DNA from: Paramoeba atlantica
Lineage: Eukaryota; Protista; Discosea
DNA: 64,000 bases
NCBI GenBank assembly: GCA_977017575.1
Contig: CDRNVI010000028.1
Location: forward strand, 1 to 64,000
Direction of reading: 5' to 3'
Positions 22,189 through 34,093 of this stretch are shown here, piece by piece; the first letter of the stretch is position 1; the number at the start of each line of letters is the position of its first letter. The notes beneath the pieces are model-generated. The model was not told where the DNA came from. It searched no databases and saw nothing but the letters and a program-made list of their open reading frames with translations. Position numbers and translations under genes: made by a program.

Positions 22189-22533
22189 TTAATAAGGTAG
22201 TTTCCGTCCCTCAGCCTCGATACACAAGCATAGACGTCGTTTGAAAGATGCATGCAATTTTTCAGAAAATTTCTTTGAGTCACTACTTTTTAGATATTTT
22301 TCACAGCTCTCTTCTATCTCTCTTATGGAGGACGGGTTCGCCTGATTTTTGATTTGTTTGAGACGGCACAATAAATTCTCAATCGGATTCAAATCCGGGG
22401 AATCCGCAGGCCAAAAAGGCAGATGGGTCCCATCGACAGAAACGTATCCCCTCAAGCAAGAGGAAGTTCTCGATCTGGCGATCATACTTTCCCACCACAA
22501 AGAAGTAAGCTTGCCATAGTTCGGAAAGATCAT
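22189..22533 (-). pseudogene. Tc1/mariner transposase C-terminal fragment
   Basis: WPADSPDLNPIEN motif and a RRLCLCIEAEG...Y terminus. Confidence 0.8.
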
Positions 22534-22827
22534 TGACTTTATAAAATGAATTAAAAGATCATTGACTTCTACAGAAAGTAACTAACATCATGAAAATACG
22601 CTACGCCCAAATTTATTTTCTAATGTGCGGGCTTAAATACATAAAATGAAGACAGAAAATATGATACCTATAGAGGCTTTGCAAGGCACTAAGTAAAACC
22701 ACAGAAAAACTTAGATACGACGAATATTAAAAATGGTGCTGTGGACGTAAAAAGCTGGGGAAGGTGAGGTGCGCTAAGCCCCAACACTGCCGAAAATATA
22801 TGCAGTGGCCCTGACCTGCGGCCATCG

Positions 22828-24758
22828 TTAATGCTTTGCGCAGAAATTGTGATTCTCTTCCCCCTTTTCTTCAATTGCACACATGTGATGAAATTTCGTT
22901 AAACACCCAGGTTCACTACACTCCCGTAGAGTTAAATTCACTCGCGTGCAATAACAACACTCCTGTACTGGGGTTGCGTTAAGCGCTGAGTTCCTGTTAC
23001 GCGCTGACTCTATCGCGGACTTCATGGCTTTCGCTGCGATTGTGGGACTAATTCGATTTTTTACAGGAACGCGCGTTGGCAGACGAGGGACCTGATTTGG
23101 TTCAAGAGATTCCTCGACAATGCTCAGTTGTGATACGCGTGAAGCGATGGCTGATGCATCCACCATCGATTCCGTGATAACGCTTGAGGAGAGGCTGAGC
23201 TCGGCTCTGGATTCTATGGGAATCTGTGCGAGATTTTTGGTAAGTGCTGGAACAAGCAACTTATTAAATTCGATTTCGTATTCTTCTGAATTCACTTTTG
23301 CCAGAGCCTGGGTGGCAAATTTTGTTATAAGACTTCGCGTTGGCCGGACAATTTCATGATGCGTCGACGCACGCCAGGAGGCAAAACATTCCTTGTAGTA
23401 CTTTTTAAAAGGCTGGTTGATGGCCATATCCATGAGCTGTCCTTTGGAAGTGCAACCTCCTGGAACGAATTGAACATCGATTTCTCTCTCACGAAAGAAC
23501 AATAATAATTCCGCTGTCCGATGAGCAGCGTACAGATCCAAAATAATAAGTGTCTTCCGCGGAGGATACTTCATTCTGTCAAAGAATTCCGCTTCAGCCC
23601 ATTTTTTAAATGACTCTCCTGTGTTCCACTCGCTTGTTGTCGTTGTTGCCGTACAATTGTACTTTTCTGCCGCCCGGAGCACCTCTTTGGAAACCTTCCC
23701 AGAATCTGAATGGGCTTCCCAAATTAAGTGCGGAGGAAACACCTTATGCTCCCACGTGCTTTCTGCATGCCGTTGGTTCGTAGCAGAGCGGCCCCAAAAC
23801 CACGCAGTCAGTGTCTTCTTCTCCTTACCTGTAGTTAAAACCTTTACACGCTTTGTCCCTTCAGTGTCGTATGTGATTTCATTGACGGGCTCCCACACAA
23901 CACAGGTCTCGTCCCCTGTTACAATTACAGCGTATCCTCCGCGATCACAATTTCGCAGAGCTATCATATTCAAAAAGGCTTCTATACGCTCGTCCATGTC
24001 TTTTGGGACCATTTGGGTTGCTCCATTGACTCTTCGTCGCGAAATATTGGCGAAGGTGCAAAAACGAATCCAAAATTTTTCTTTTCCCTTGTCGGTAAGG
24101 GAACAGAAGTGCTCTGAAATTTCAGCAAAGTACCCCAACATTGTCGGTTTCGTGACTGCCGAAAGAGACCCGCGTAGCAAAAGCAGTTGCGTCAACCCTT
24201 TTTCATATAATTCTTTCTTTGCTCGGGGGGGATGATACTGAAACAATTTCCCGAAGCCAAGTTGAGTAAATTTATACCAATCTTCTTTTTTCCGATAAAC
24301 TCTATGTACCGTGCTTACCTCGACCTTGTAATCTCGGGCGGCCACGCTTACAGACTTGCCGGCATCTATACTAGCACATAGGTTGTTTTTTTTTGCTGTA
24401 TGGTAAGATCCACCCGAACCTTCCGCGGCTGCTCAGCAAGCTGGTTAGATGCATTCAATATTAATGCGGTGGATGGCGTAGCTGAAGTATCATCGGGGAA
24501 GGGCAGTACGGCAACAGTTTCGTGTGGCAACGGTGAGGATAGAGTCACTTGGCTCGCGTTAAAGAATAGAAGTGGTGGGGCCATCGTGCATTGAATAAAT
24601 ATTGAAATCAATGAAAATTTACAATTTCTGACCTGGGTTAACTATCATCACAGAGTAGGAATCGGGGGAAAATTCTGACACCCCCCTTACTTCACCACAT
24701 ACGGAGTGGCTAAATGTGGTGAAGTAAGGGGGGAGGTGAAGTAAGGGGGGGGTAACGG
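22828..24758 (-). mobile_element. pogo/Tigger-like (DDE_1) transposon, ORF broken by one frameshift
   Basis: GDET, LIILDLYAAH, VPGGCTSKGQLMDMAINQPFK. A CENP-B-like HTH is restored across an A9 run at 24386-24394. Terminus TA|ccgttacccccccccttacttcacc at 24758, with the same terminus at 63841. The other TIR was not found. Confidence 0.85.
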
Positions 24759-24762
24759 TAGG

Positions 24763-25697
24763 TTGATTTTTGGATTTTTCGTGATTTTGTTATGCCTTGT
24801 CAAGGGTGTGCTGGGTTTTATTGTCGGGGTGGCCTCACATTACACCCCCGCCAAAAAGTATTGTAATTTATTAGTATCGACCACGAATTTTTGGTCGATA
24901 CTAATAAATACAATACTTTTTGTCGATTTCCACGAGTTGCCACTGGCCTCCAAAAAGTTGGACATTATCATATCGGTTCTGTGTAAACGTATAGTGAAGC
25001 ATAAAAATAGGAGAGAAATCACTCAGCTTCCCTAGAGATCAAGTGGCCGCGTATATCAGAACTCATTATGCTAATTTCCTGAAAATTCGAAAAAAGCAAC
25101 TAAAATTCTGGTCAAAACTCAAAAAAATGGTCGATACTAATAAATACAATACTTTTTGTGTCGGCCATTTTTGTGAACAATACTTTTTGGCGGGGGTGTA
25201 AGCAAAGTTGCACTTTGGACCGAGCAGGAATGTGCCGAATGGATGAAAATCCACAAGCTGGTAGCCCAGAAAGTTGTGTGCTACAGGAATGTACACAAGT
25301 CACCCCAACACATGAAGCTCATTGGCGCAAAGTGGTGGTGTACCAACGCTCGTTCAAAAAATTGATGAACATGCTTCTTCATAGCACCCGTCCGCTTCTT
25401 GGCGCCCGTCATAATCTAAAATTTCGGTCCAAGTACGAGTGGCGAAGTGTAAATCATCGTCAGCAATGGGTCACCCCAGACGGGGTACATACAAACACTG
25501 TCGAATGTGCTAGCTTTATGGCTAAGAAGCGTTTGAAGCGTGAAGGAAATATTTTGGGGAGCAAGCCAGGGAAAAGATCAGACCGAGTTCAAGCAATTGC
25601 TGAAAAATGGAACGGAAGTTTGAAGAGGAACGGCGGGGATGTCATGCTGAGAATCCTCGAGAACTTGCAGACTCATTGCACTTGTATTCATCTTTAA
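24763..25697 (+). pseudogene. Internally deleted Merlin transposase remnant
   Basis: WTEQECAEWMKIHKL (alternative frame) and VNHRQQWVTPDGVHTNTVE, homologous to the 54990-55967 transposase. Confidence 0.75.
24843..25198. mobile_element. MITE, TA target duplication, nested in the Merlin remnant
   Basis: TA|cacccccgccaaaaagtattgt ... acaatactttttggcgggggtg|TA (perfect 22 bp). Subterminal tttattagtatcgacca repeats form a hairpin. Confidence 0.9.
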
Positions 25698-26223
25698 GTT
25701 CGCAGAGTTATGCAAGAAAGTATTAAGATATTGAAGTAAGAAAGAAATCAATTTAAATTCATTGTATTGGAAGAGAGTAGCTTCGAAGTAGAGCCAGGAT
25801 TCATCGGAAATATCAAAAAATATGAAAAATGCTAACTTTGCTTCAGTTTAACCGTATTTTGATAGTTTGGGACGTATACTAGCTTTCCGCACCGTTGTTT
25901 TCGCAAGATATACATTATGCGAGCCATGGTGCGCCCCTCAAAATGACCCATTTTTGACTAAAAAAGGTGAAAAAGTATTTTTCGGACCCCAAGGGGCCTT
26001 TTTGTGTCGAAAGAATGGTGTGGTTGGAGTCGCATTCTCTATCCAATACGTTAGATAGGCTTTCATTCATGACTACGAGTGATTTCCCACGCGCAAATAT
26101 CAGATTTAGGATTTCTGAGAGCAAAAATACGCAAAAATCATCCCATTTTTACCCGAAAATGGACTATTTTTGGCTATAATCTTTCCGTTTTCTCCAGCTT
26201 TCCGGGCCAAATTTTCTTTTTTA

Positions 26224-26318
26224 GGCTCTTCGTTAAACGCGGTGGTAGTTTTCAACGCGAAGCGCGCAGCATGAGTGACTTCTAAGTTGAAAACAACCAC
26301 CGCGTTTAACGAAGAGCC
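26224..26318. mobile_element. 95-bp TA-flanked palindromic mini-element
   Basis: 33-bp arms ggctcttcgttaaacgcggtggt(a/t)gttttcaac with one mismatch. Related half copies at ~5394-5430 and ~43592-43660. Confidence 0.75.
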
Positions 26319-26455
26319 TAAAAAATAATTATACAACAAAGGTATATTATTTATTAAAGGTAGATTATACAAAAAGGTATTATACAACAATAGGGGTACA
26401 TACCGTATGGGTATGGTGTGCAGGGGTATCTCCCCTCCCCCCTCGCCCCCTTTCC

Positions 26456-27262
26456 TCACACATCCACGTCCTCACTCCTCCCCACATACCTCCACGGCGG
26501 TGGGGGGGTACCGTAGTGCCGGGCGGGGTAGCTCAGCGGGTCGCGTACCCGCGGGCCCGAGCCCACGCAGGGGTCGTGGCTGGTCCCGGGCAGCGGGCCC
26601 CCCCCGGGGCGGGACACGGCGGTGGCCACCGCGCGCCCCGCCCCGGGGTCGTAGTCCGGGGTGAGCTCCAGCGTCATGCCGACACGGAGCGCGGGGAGGG
26701 GGCCGTGGTGGGCGATGTGGGAGGGGAGCAGGGGGAGCAGCAGGGAGGGGGAGGCATGGGGGGAGGGGGTGGGGGTGAGGGGAGGGGGCGGAGAAGAGAA
26801 AGAAGAGGGAGGAGAAGAAAAAGAAGAAGAGGCGACCGTAGGGGTCGTGGGGAGGGGGGAGGGGGAGGGGGAAAAAGAGGGTGGGGGACGGTGGGGGTTA
26901 GGGCGGGGAGGGGTTCGATGAGGGGGAGAAGGGGTGTGGGGGGTTAGGGAGGGGGGAGCGTTTGTGGGGGAGAGAAGAGGGTGTTGGGGGGTGGGTTGAG
27001 AGGAGTAGGGTAGGGTGGAGGCGAGAAAGGGTTGTGTGGTGTGGTGGGAAGGGTGACTGTCGTAGTAGGTAACATTCGGGTTGGAGTTTTGTAAGCGAGG
27101 TTGGGCGAGAGAGGTAGATTTAATGGTGTGTGAGAAAAAATTAGGCTGGGGATCGAGGACACGTACCAGGCCTGTACGACGAAACTTATTCCACTCTATG
27201 ACGGTCGCTAATACGCGTCGAATATATTTTCCTGTTTTGACGTTTTGAGTCCGTCTACCCAT
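26456..27262 (-). CDS. Cold-shock-domain/OB-fold-like protein with a long Pro/Ser insertion
   Basis: ATVIEWNKFRRTGLV...FFSH [insertion] LRVGMTLELT...GRAVATAV follows the CSD pattern (VKW..GxGFI..VFVH..L..G..VEF..G..A.NV). Confidence 0.65.
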   Translation of the reverse strand: MGRRTQNVKTGKYIRRVLATVIEWNKFRRTGLVRVLDPQPNFFSHTIKSTSLAQPRLQNSNPNVTYYDSHPSHHTTQPFLASTLPYSSQPTPQHPLLSPTNAPPSLTPHTPSPPHRTPPRPNPHRPPPSFSPSPSPLPTTPTVASSSFSSPPSSFSSPPPPLTPTPSPHASPSLLLPLLPSHIAHHGPLPALRVGMTLELTPDYDPGAGRAVATAVSRPGGGPLPGTSHDPCVGSGPRVRDPLSYPARHYGTPPPPWRYVGRSEDVDV

Positions 27263-27519
27263 TGTAGAATAGATTGTATAAATTTAGGAAACAAATAGGA
27301 GATCGAAAAAGTAATAAGGAATGGGTCAAGTGACATGAAAATGCACCCATTTTTTAAACTGCTGATTTCGGTATTGTACGCATCCGGTATCGCAATTTTA
27401 CGGTCTTGTCATAAGTCATAAGAACTTGTCATTTACGGTCATACGAATAAGTCATTGTTCACAGTCTGGGCAGAAATTTCCTACCATTCGCAGCTGTTGG
27501 AGTACAGTTATAAAATGAA

Positions 27520-28280
27520 GTGGTGTTCAGCCTCTTTTACCCCCCGACAGGTCCTGCATTTTGTCCGATTTTAGAAATATTTTGTATGTCACAATCGCTC
27601 GCTCGTTTTGAAAACAACGTTACGAACGCCGAAACAGTGTTTCGCCAGTCGTACCTTGGCCTTCGAGAAAGCTGTCCTGTGTCTTGGTTGAAGAATCTTG
27701 AATCACAGCTACTAGAGTGCTTGTTAACTCCGAGAAGTGTGATTCCGGATGAAGTAGCCACTGTATGCGACAAACTTGAAGGTATAGAAAAGTTCGAGGC
27801 GAAACGAGATGTAATTGCAAAGTACTGCTTCTGCCTTAGAAAAGGCGCGAACGGCTCGTGTTGTCGTCACACCAAAGCTTGAGGGGTAACTCGGTGTTGC
27901 GTGAATAAATTTACCTCCATGGAATTTCTAACTAAAAACTTGAAGCCTGTCGAAAGGTATGTTGCACATGATTGTGTGATGCATCGGCTCAGCAGGCTAT
28001 CGCTGAGACATAGAGTTTCCGTTTTTGAAAACCTCTGTTTTCAATATCTGCAAAAGAATGGAATGAGTATGTGGCTTGTCGGGACTATGAGTGGAACCCC
28101 ATGAATCACAAAAACGACTATGATTGGTGGACATCAGTGGGTCGTAACATGTTTCCCTTCGTTTTTGTCGCACCACAACATTATATTTGGACTCCACCTG
28201 TCGTCACAAAGTGCGACTTGTGGCTGTCTACGTTGGGGTACATGTACAACTCGCGCCCAGCTTCCTTGGCTCCATAAGTA
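27520..28280 (+). pseudogene. Fragmented plus-strand ORFs with a SWIM-like CxC-x8-CxH motif, possible transposon remnant
   Basis: YCFCLRKGANGSCCRH. Several short broken ORFs against the host strand. Confidence 0.3.
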
Positions 28281-28647
28281 ATTGCACAGCAGCTTTTCAT
28301 TCGTAGAAACATGGACAAATTAGGATATGCTTCGCTTACTGTAAGCGAAGATGAAAACAGTGAAAGTTCACCTCGGACAGACTTCCTAGACATGGTGCTG
28401 GAGAAAAGTGAATGAAAATTGAAAACAAAATGTTACAGGTAATGTAATAATAAACTCGTTTAAGTAATGCGATCCCAATAATGTTTCTCAATAAGAAGGA
28501 TAAGTTTTTGTTTAATTGAGATCGATTGTCAAGATTCCACTTTGTCGCAAAACATTTTTTTAAAATGTATGAAATACGGACTAAATATTTTATAGAATAT
28601 AGCGCGTAAACTACTTTAAAAACTTCTTTTAAAAATTAATTTTGATA

Positions 28648-29617
28648 CTGTGACCCCCCCTTTAATACGGACAGATTTTTGGACATTGTCCGTATTAAAG
28701 GGGGGTACTAAAGATAAGAAAATGACCCTGTTTTTAAGCTAAAAAAAGCGACAAAAAAAGTTTCGCGCCGCTTTGCGGCGCCTGTTTTTTTTGATGAAAT
28801 TGGTGAAGGGGGGTGATCTGTAGGGGAAATAAATTTTACGAGCACAACCAGACTAAAGTGGACGAGGGAGATACTAAACCACAGTCCGGTTTAACATTCC
28901 GGGGAGAGTGTTAAGTAGCTACAGGAACGTTAACTTTTTTTAAGTTTGGTAATCATATTCTTCAAAACAATGATGGCATAAAAGTTAACATACCTGTAGC
29001 AAGATATCTGTAACAAGATAACATACCGGGGGGTATGTTATCCTGTAACACCATTTACAGGATAATGAGACGTTTCCTTCAGGAAGTAAAAAGTTCGATT
29101 TTTTTGAGTCGCCTTTTTCCGACATACCGTAGACCCACCAGTAATAGACCCCCCAGTAACAAGGATTTGGCTCGGGAGGGTGGCTCAAGGGGGGAGGGGG
29201 ATTTGGGCGGGGTGAGGGCGGTTGCGCGAGAGCGAGTGTTCTTCTTTTACCCTAAATGGGTAGACAAGGTCAATGAGCCACGGGTACGTACTCTTAAGGA
29301 AGATCATTGGTTCGATATAAAGTGCCGCGGTAAAACTTATTTTTGGGGACCTCTTCTGACGGCCGCACATGGGCGCACCGCAAACCAGGTTTTTAAAGTC
29401 TTATACGGTATCACTTCTGTAGCCGGCTACTGATCTCAACGAAGAGTGGACTTGGGGCAAAAGCGATCACTCGGCTGACAAACATCCCTTTGAGTCGTGC
29501 TCTCGAACAATGAAAATCTAAAAAATAAAAATCGAAAAATTTCCTTCCAAAAAACTTCAAAAAATTCCGTATTAAAGGGGGGGATCAGGGGGGTCCGCAT
29601 TAAAGGGGGGGTCACAT
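28648..29617. mobile_element. TA-flanked non-autonomous element carrying a Merlin N-terminal fragment
   Basis: TIR ctgtgacccccccctttaatacggac matches at 23/25 positions, TA on both sides. Internal KEDHW..KCRGKTYFWGPLL...NQVFKVLYG is homologous to the Merlin N-terminus. The same TIR end occurs at 957 and 49254. Confidence 0.8.
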
Positions 29618-29775
29618 TAAATGAATAAATACATTACTGATTTGGCTCAACTCTTGTTTGAAAAAACAAATCTTGTTTTTCGAACCCTGTATCAAACACT
29701 GTATCTACCATTGATATTTGACACTCATATAAGTGGTAAATTTTGTTCAGACGTGTTCCTTTCAGCTGATATACT

Positions 29776-30633
29776 TCACAGATTCTTCAAACGTACTTTG
29801 GTATGCGCAAAGCGAACATCCGTGTTCAAGAGAAGAGATTTAGGTATTTCCCCATAGAGTTCAGCGTTGTCGGAGATCCGCAGGGAATCTAATTTCCAAG
29901 GAAGCCGACCGAATTCAACGAATCCGGAGAAACAATTGTTTTGGCAACAAAATTTCGTTAAGGAAGGTGGCAAATGTTGCAACTCGAGCGATCCTGTAAA
30001 TTTATTACCCGACAAATCAAGGTATGTCAAGCTTGCCGGCAAGCCAGTGAGATTGACTTCGCCAGAAAAAAAGTTACTGCGGAGGCTTAGCTTAGACAAG
30101 CGGGGAGACAAATGTGTCAAATCCACATTTCCGTGGCAGTGATTTTCATCCAGTACAAAATCTTCCAGTGAGAGAGGCAAGCAAGTAAGATCTCCCTGAT
30201 TCGTAAATCTATTGACGGATAAGAGCAAGTACCTAAGTTGCGGTGGCAATTTTTCAGTATGTATGTGTCCTGTGAGTTTATTTCTCATCACATTACACAA
30301 GACTACTGACCGAGGTAGCCAATCCCATCGGAGAGTGCCTGTAAGACTGAAAGAATCCCAATTAAGCCCTGTGACGTATCCGTCCGTATTGCAATGGGTG
30401 CCTTTCCATTCACACGCGGGCGTTGACGCACTCCAAGTGGTAGGCAAATTCTCATTGTCTCCGAGCAATCGTGCGAGTTCATATTCCTGTGGTAAGTTCG
30501 CTCCACGTACCTTACTAGGACGAAAACTTAGTCCCTTGTCACGTGCTTTTGGTTCTAAATTTATATCGTTTGTTTGCGTTTGTTGTCCTTTCGTGTGCTG
30601 TTCAATATCGGAAAGGTGAAATGGAAGTAGCAT
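29776..30633 (-). CDS. LRR family protein
   Basis: SKVRGANLPQEYEL, cap, about 7 LRRs. Confidence 0.9.
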   Translation of the reverse strand: MLLPFHLSDIEQHTKGQQTQTNDINLEPKARDKGLSFRPSKVRGANLPQEYELARLLGDNENLPTTWSASTPACEWKGTHCNTDGYVTGLNWDSFSLTGTLRWDWLPRSVVLCNVMRNKLTGHIHTEKLPPQLRYLLLSVNRFTNQGDLTCLPLSLEDFVLDENHCHGNVDLTHLSPRLSKLSLRSNFFSGEVNLTGLPASLTYLDLSGNKFTGSLELQHLPPSLTKFCCQNNCFSGFVEFGRLPWKLDSLRISDNAELYGEIPKSLLLNTDVRFAHTKVRLKNL

Positions 30634-31499
30634 GATGGTAAATATTTGAAGAATATTACTACTAAACCACTGTTCGGGTTAATACTCCTGGTAGGAATAT
30701 TAAGAGGGTACTTAAGAGTATAGGAATATTACGAGGTATAGGAATATTAAAAAAACAACAACGAAGGACCGATTTTGTTTCGCGCCGCTTGCCCTACAAG
30801 CTTTTGACGCACTTTTGTATTACGTAGAAATTGCAATGTCAGACTCCGTAACGGACGCTTTTGTTATGAACTCTATCGAAGGAGAAAATCAAGTCCTGAA
30901 AAACTAACGTCATACTGAAGATCTTAGAAAAACGAAAGTGGACGCCTCTGTTTAAAGCTCTGCATTCAAGTTGGGATAACGATACGCACTTTATACAGGC
31001 GACACTAACGGCCATTGGCGAAACTATCCCGGACACGGAAAAGCTGGACAACGTCGCACTAATCCAAGAAAATAAATGCGATGAGAAAAAAATAAGCGGA
31101 AAGCTTCTACTGGAAATTGCTTCCCGTTACTCCGCCCTGAAAAAAATGAGAAAAGTGGCGCCAAAGAAGAAGGGGAAACAGCGCTTCCGGAGACGCGAGT
31201 AAGGAAGAAAATACAAGACCTGTAGGGGGGGGGTAAAAGACGATGATCACCACTGTACATATCCTAAAGCACACAACTGGAATTGATTCTCTTGTTGGCG
31301 TCAGGCATTTTCTTGCAAATTTTGCCTTTTATGCATCATGAGGACGAAGATTTGTTTTTTCAGGGTGTGTAAAGGTTGTTTGCGCGGTTTCTTGCGGCAA
31401 TCGAACATACAGCTCAACAGCGGGATGATAATGAGCGTGGTGTGATTCAGGAGCGTCCCGTTGAACCTGTTGCAACACAACGCCGTACGTGGCGAAATC

Positions 31500-32280
31500 T
31501 TGAGATTTAGCCTGTTTGAAGAGGGTGTCCGCGGTGCGCATGCGTGAGACTTTGGGGAAGCGTTGTTGTTATTACACAAGGTAAAGATGCGGAGAAATGG
31601 ATGAAGGCACATGGTCTCTTTACCATTCCCGAATACCTTGATCAAAGGAACCAGTTCATGGTTGACATCTCGGGGAATGATCGGATGCGACTTTGTGTGC
31701 ACCGATAACCTGCTGATCGGAAATTTTGCCAAATGCACGTCAGCAGTTTTCTCCCACACTTTTCGATCCGCATTTTGTTGACCCCTAGCATGCTTCTCTT
31801 AGTGTGGGCTGACATTGCGAACCATTCGTGTACCGGGCAGGTTTGCATAAACCGTGGCATTGGACGAAAGATCGTAAGCGACAACTTTCTGCACCTCGGA
31901 GGCTGCATTTGATCAGGCTTCTCAGATCGTATCATCACGGCAAGTTTCAAAATAAACGGCGCTACCCCAACTTAGAGTGGAGGCTGATCAGGGGCGAAAT
32001 TTTGATCACACATATTCCCTGATTCATACGTAAGCAAAAACATAACCGAGGTCGTCGTCAACGACAGCGGGGTTCGTGGTTCGCGACATTTAGTTGAGAA
32101 AGAGGGGCGGAAAATGGGTCTTACCCGTTGGAAGCTGGCGAAGCGCCGCGACCTCGAAACACTGAAAATGAAACATGCTTTCATTCTCTCCCATTTGGCT
32201 GTTGTCCAGCGATTGCTGGAAAGGTTATGTAAACCTCGGCGAGTATCGCCGTTTACGTTGTGAATCAAAGAAAAGAGTTT
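31500..32280 (+). pseudogene. Degenerate Merlin transposase
   Basis: AEKWMKAHGL, GIGRKIVS and RKQKHNRGRRQRQRGSWF (ISXO2 KxKYNRGR...W motif) in shifting frames. Confidence 0.6.
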
Positions 32281-32704
32281 TGTTGCGTATCAAGGATACC
32301 ATACGCAGGACGTCCACGGTACCATAAAAAGAAAACGTCGGAAAACATTAAGGTAACATCTTCAAAATTTCGCAAAAAAACATTATTTACCAATTTATGT
32401 AAAACATTTTTCTAAAATGAAAATGGAATTCAGGAAAAAAGCATTTTAGGACAATTTGTTCATTTTCTACTCCACACTACATACCGAGTTAGAAGAAAAA
32501 TAAGTATCTGATTCTCCGAATAAAGTGATCTATTCTACAAGGTTGCTCTACAAGCATAAAGCCGAATTCAATTACTTTCACAATAATAATAAATATTTCT
32601 TTTAGACGTCCCATTGAAGTATATTTACTTACAGAAACCTAATGTTGTGTTAAAGTAAAAACGGGATTTAAAGTCTGCAAAGAATAAACCACCATTCCTC
32701 TGCA

Positions 32705-33736
32705 TTATCCCAATTCCAGTGAGGGAGGTGGACGGATTAGCGGGGAACTGTAATGTCCGCTGATATCACCATATGGAAAAGCTTGGGCCGCTTTTTCCGA
32801 GTTTGATGTGTTTGTATTCGTCTTTGCAACCCGCTCGTTTGTTTTTCCCAAACCAACCGTATGGGTTTGTACCGTCTGATTCGTATAGGTTACACGGAAT
32901 CGAGGCGATTGGATTACTTTTTCAATATCTTGTTTGTTTTCGCCAAGAAGGTTACTTGGAGAAATTTCGGGTTCTTTTTCTTGTCGTGTAGTAGAGGTCA
33001 AAAACTCCATTCCGGAACCCTCAAACTCGTTTTTTCTCTCCATTTTTTTTGTCGCGTACCCATACGGGGATAGATTGAGTTCCCACAACGCTTTGGTGCG
33101 TTCGTATTGACTTACTTTCGCAGAGAACGGGGAGGAAGTGGTCGGGGTGGTGAGTTGTGCGGGATGGTTAAGATTTGTGGTGTTGTAGCCATTGTTAACA
33201 TTATTATTATTCTCCGGACTTTGTGAAAAACGTAAAAATGAACCCCCAGGAAGGGAAGTAGAAGTTGTCCGCAAAGGCGGAGTTAAAGGCAGCCCCAAGG
33301 AGTTCATGTGACCGTTGTTATTATTATTGGGCTCTACAGGTGTCGAACGGTTTATGTTTGTCGAGCGTGTGAAAGATCCGGGAAGGTGTTCCGGAAGAGT
33401 GGGTAGAGAAGATGTCATTTTTTCGAGAACGATTTCGGAGGCGATGGGCGAGTTTGTCACAAAGTCGGGTGGGGGTATAGGTGCGAGAGAGGGACTTCCT
33501 TGGGTGGGTAGAAACATTGGAGGGGGTCTCGCGGCGTAGGCCCGGGTGGTATGCGGCTTGGGTTTCAGAGGAAATTGCCAAGGGGAGTTGGGACCGTGGC
33601 GGCGGGAAGGCGAGGAACGGGATGGCATATGAAATGGAACAATGGTGGCGTATAAACAAAAACTAGAAGATAAACAGAAATAATGTAAGGAGTGGGGCGC
33701 TAAAAAGGGAAAAAAATCGGCGTATAAGTTGCACAC
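32705..33736 (-). CDS. Hypothetical low-complexity (Pro/Ser/Asn) protein
   Basis: 343-aa ORF on the gene-bearing strand. Likely start MPSRSSPSRR at 33628 after a pyrimidine-rich stretch. Confidence 0.55.
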   Translation of the reverse strand: MCNLYADFFPFLAPHSLHYFCLSSSFCLYATIVPFHMPSRSSPSRRHGPNSPWQFPLKPKPHTTRAYAARPPPMFLPTQGSPSLAPIPPPDFVTNSPIASEIVLEKMTSSLPTLPEHLPGSFTRSTNINRSTPVEPNNNNNGHMNSLGLPLTPPLRTTSTSLPGGSFLRFSQSPENNNNVNNGYNTTNLNHPAQLTTPTTSSPFSAKVSQYERTKALWELNLSPYGYATKKMERKNEFEGSGMEFLTSTTRQEKEPEISPSNLLGENKQDIEKVIQSPRFRVTYTNQTVQTHTVGLGKTNERVAKTNTNTSNSEKAAQAFPYGDISGHYSSPLIRPPPSLELG

Positions 33737-34093
33737 CTTGTCACAATATGCTTAGGTTGGACAATTTTTTTTTGTAAAAATTATCAGGTAGGCGAGTAAA
33801 GTAGGATAATATGGAGAGGATGACACGGAGAAGTTTAGGAATGAAGGAATAGTAAATTTCTTATTTGTACAGGCATACACTATTAGAAACATACTCCGGC
33901 TGCTATAGTCCAAGTTTGCACTAAAGTATTAATTAAAATGAAACATACATAACGGCACATTTCTGAAGCATGTACATGATATCAAAATCAGCGACGAAAA
34001 AACGATAGTGGATTAAAATCTTGAAACACATACACTTGTATATACTTAGATCCTGACTGCTGACGACTCTTCTTTTTTCAGATTTTCATTATA

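Noticed and set aside
26525-26600. tRNA-like start GGGGTAGCTCAG
   Set aside because: It lies within the minus-strand CDS, with no T-arm or acceptor stem.
30902-30940. Spliced-leader RNA gene (AACTAACG match)
   Set aside because: Only the first 8 nt match. The conserved TTTCTGTACT/ATTG-GT segment is absent.
30836-31203. Broken plus-strand ORF ending in a basic KKKGKQRFRRR tail
   Set aside because: No recognisable domain. Probably transposon debris, but I could not assign it.
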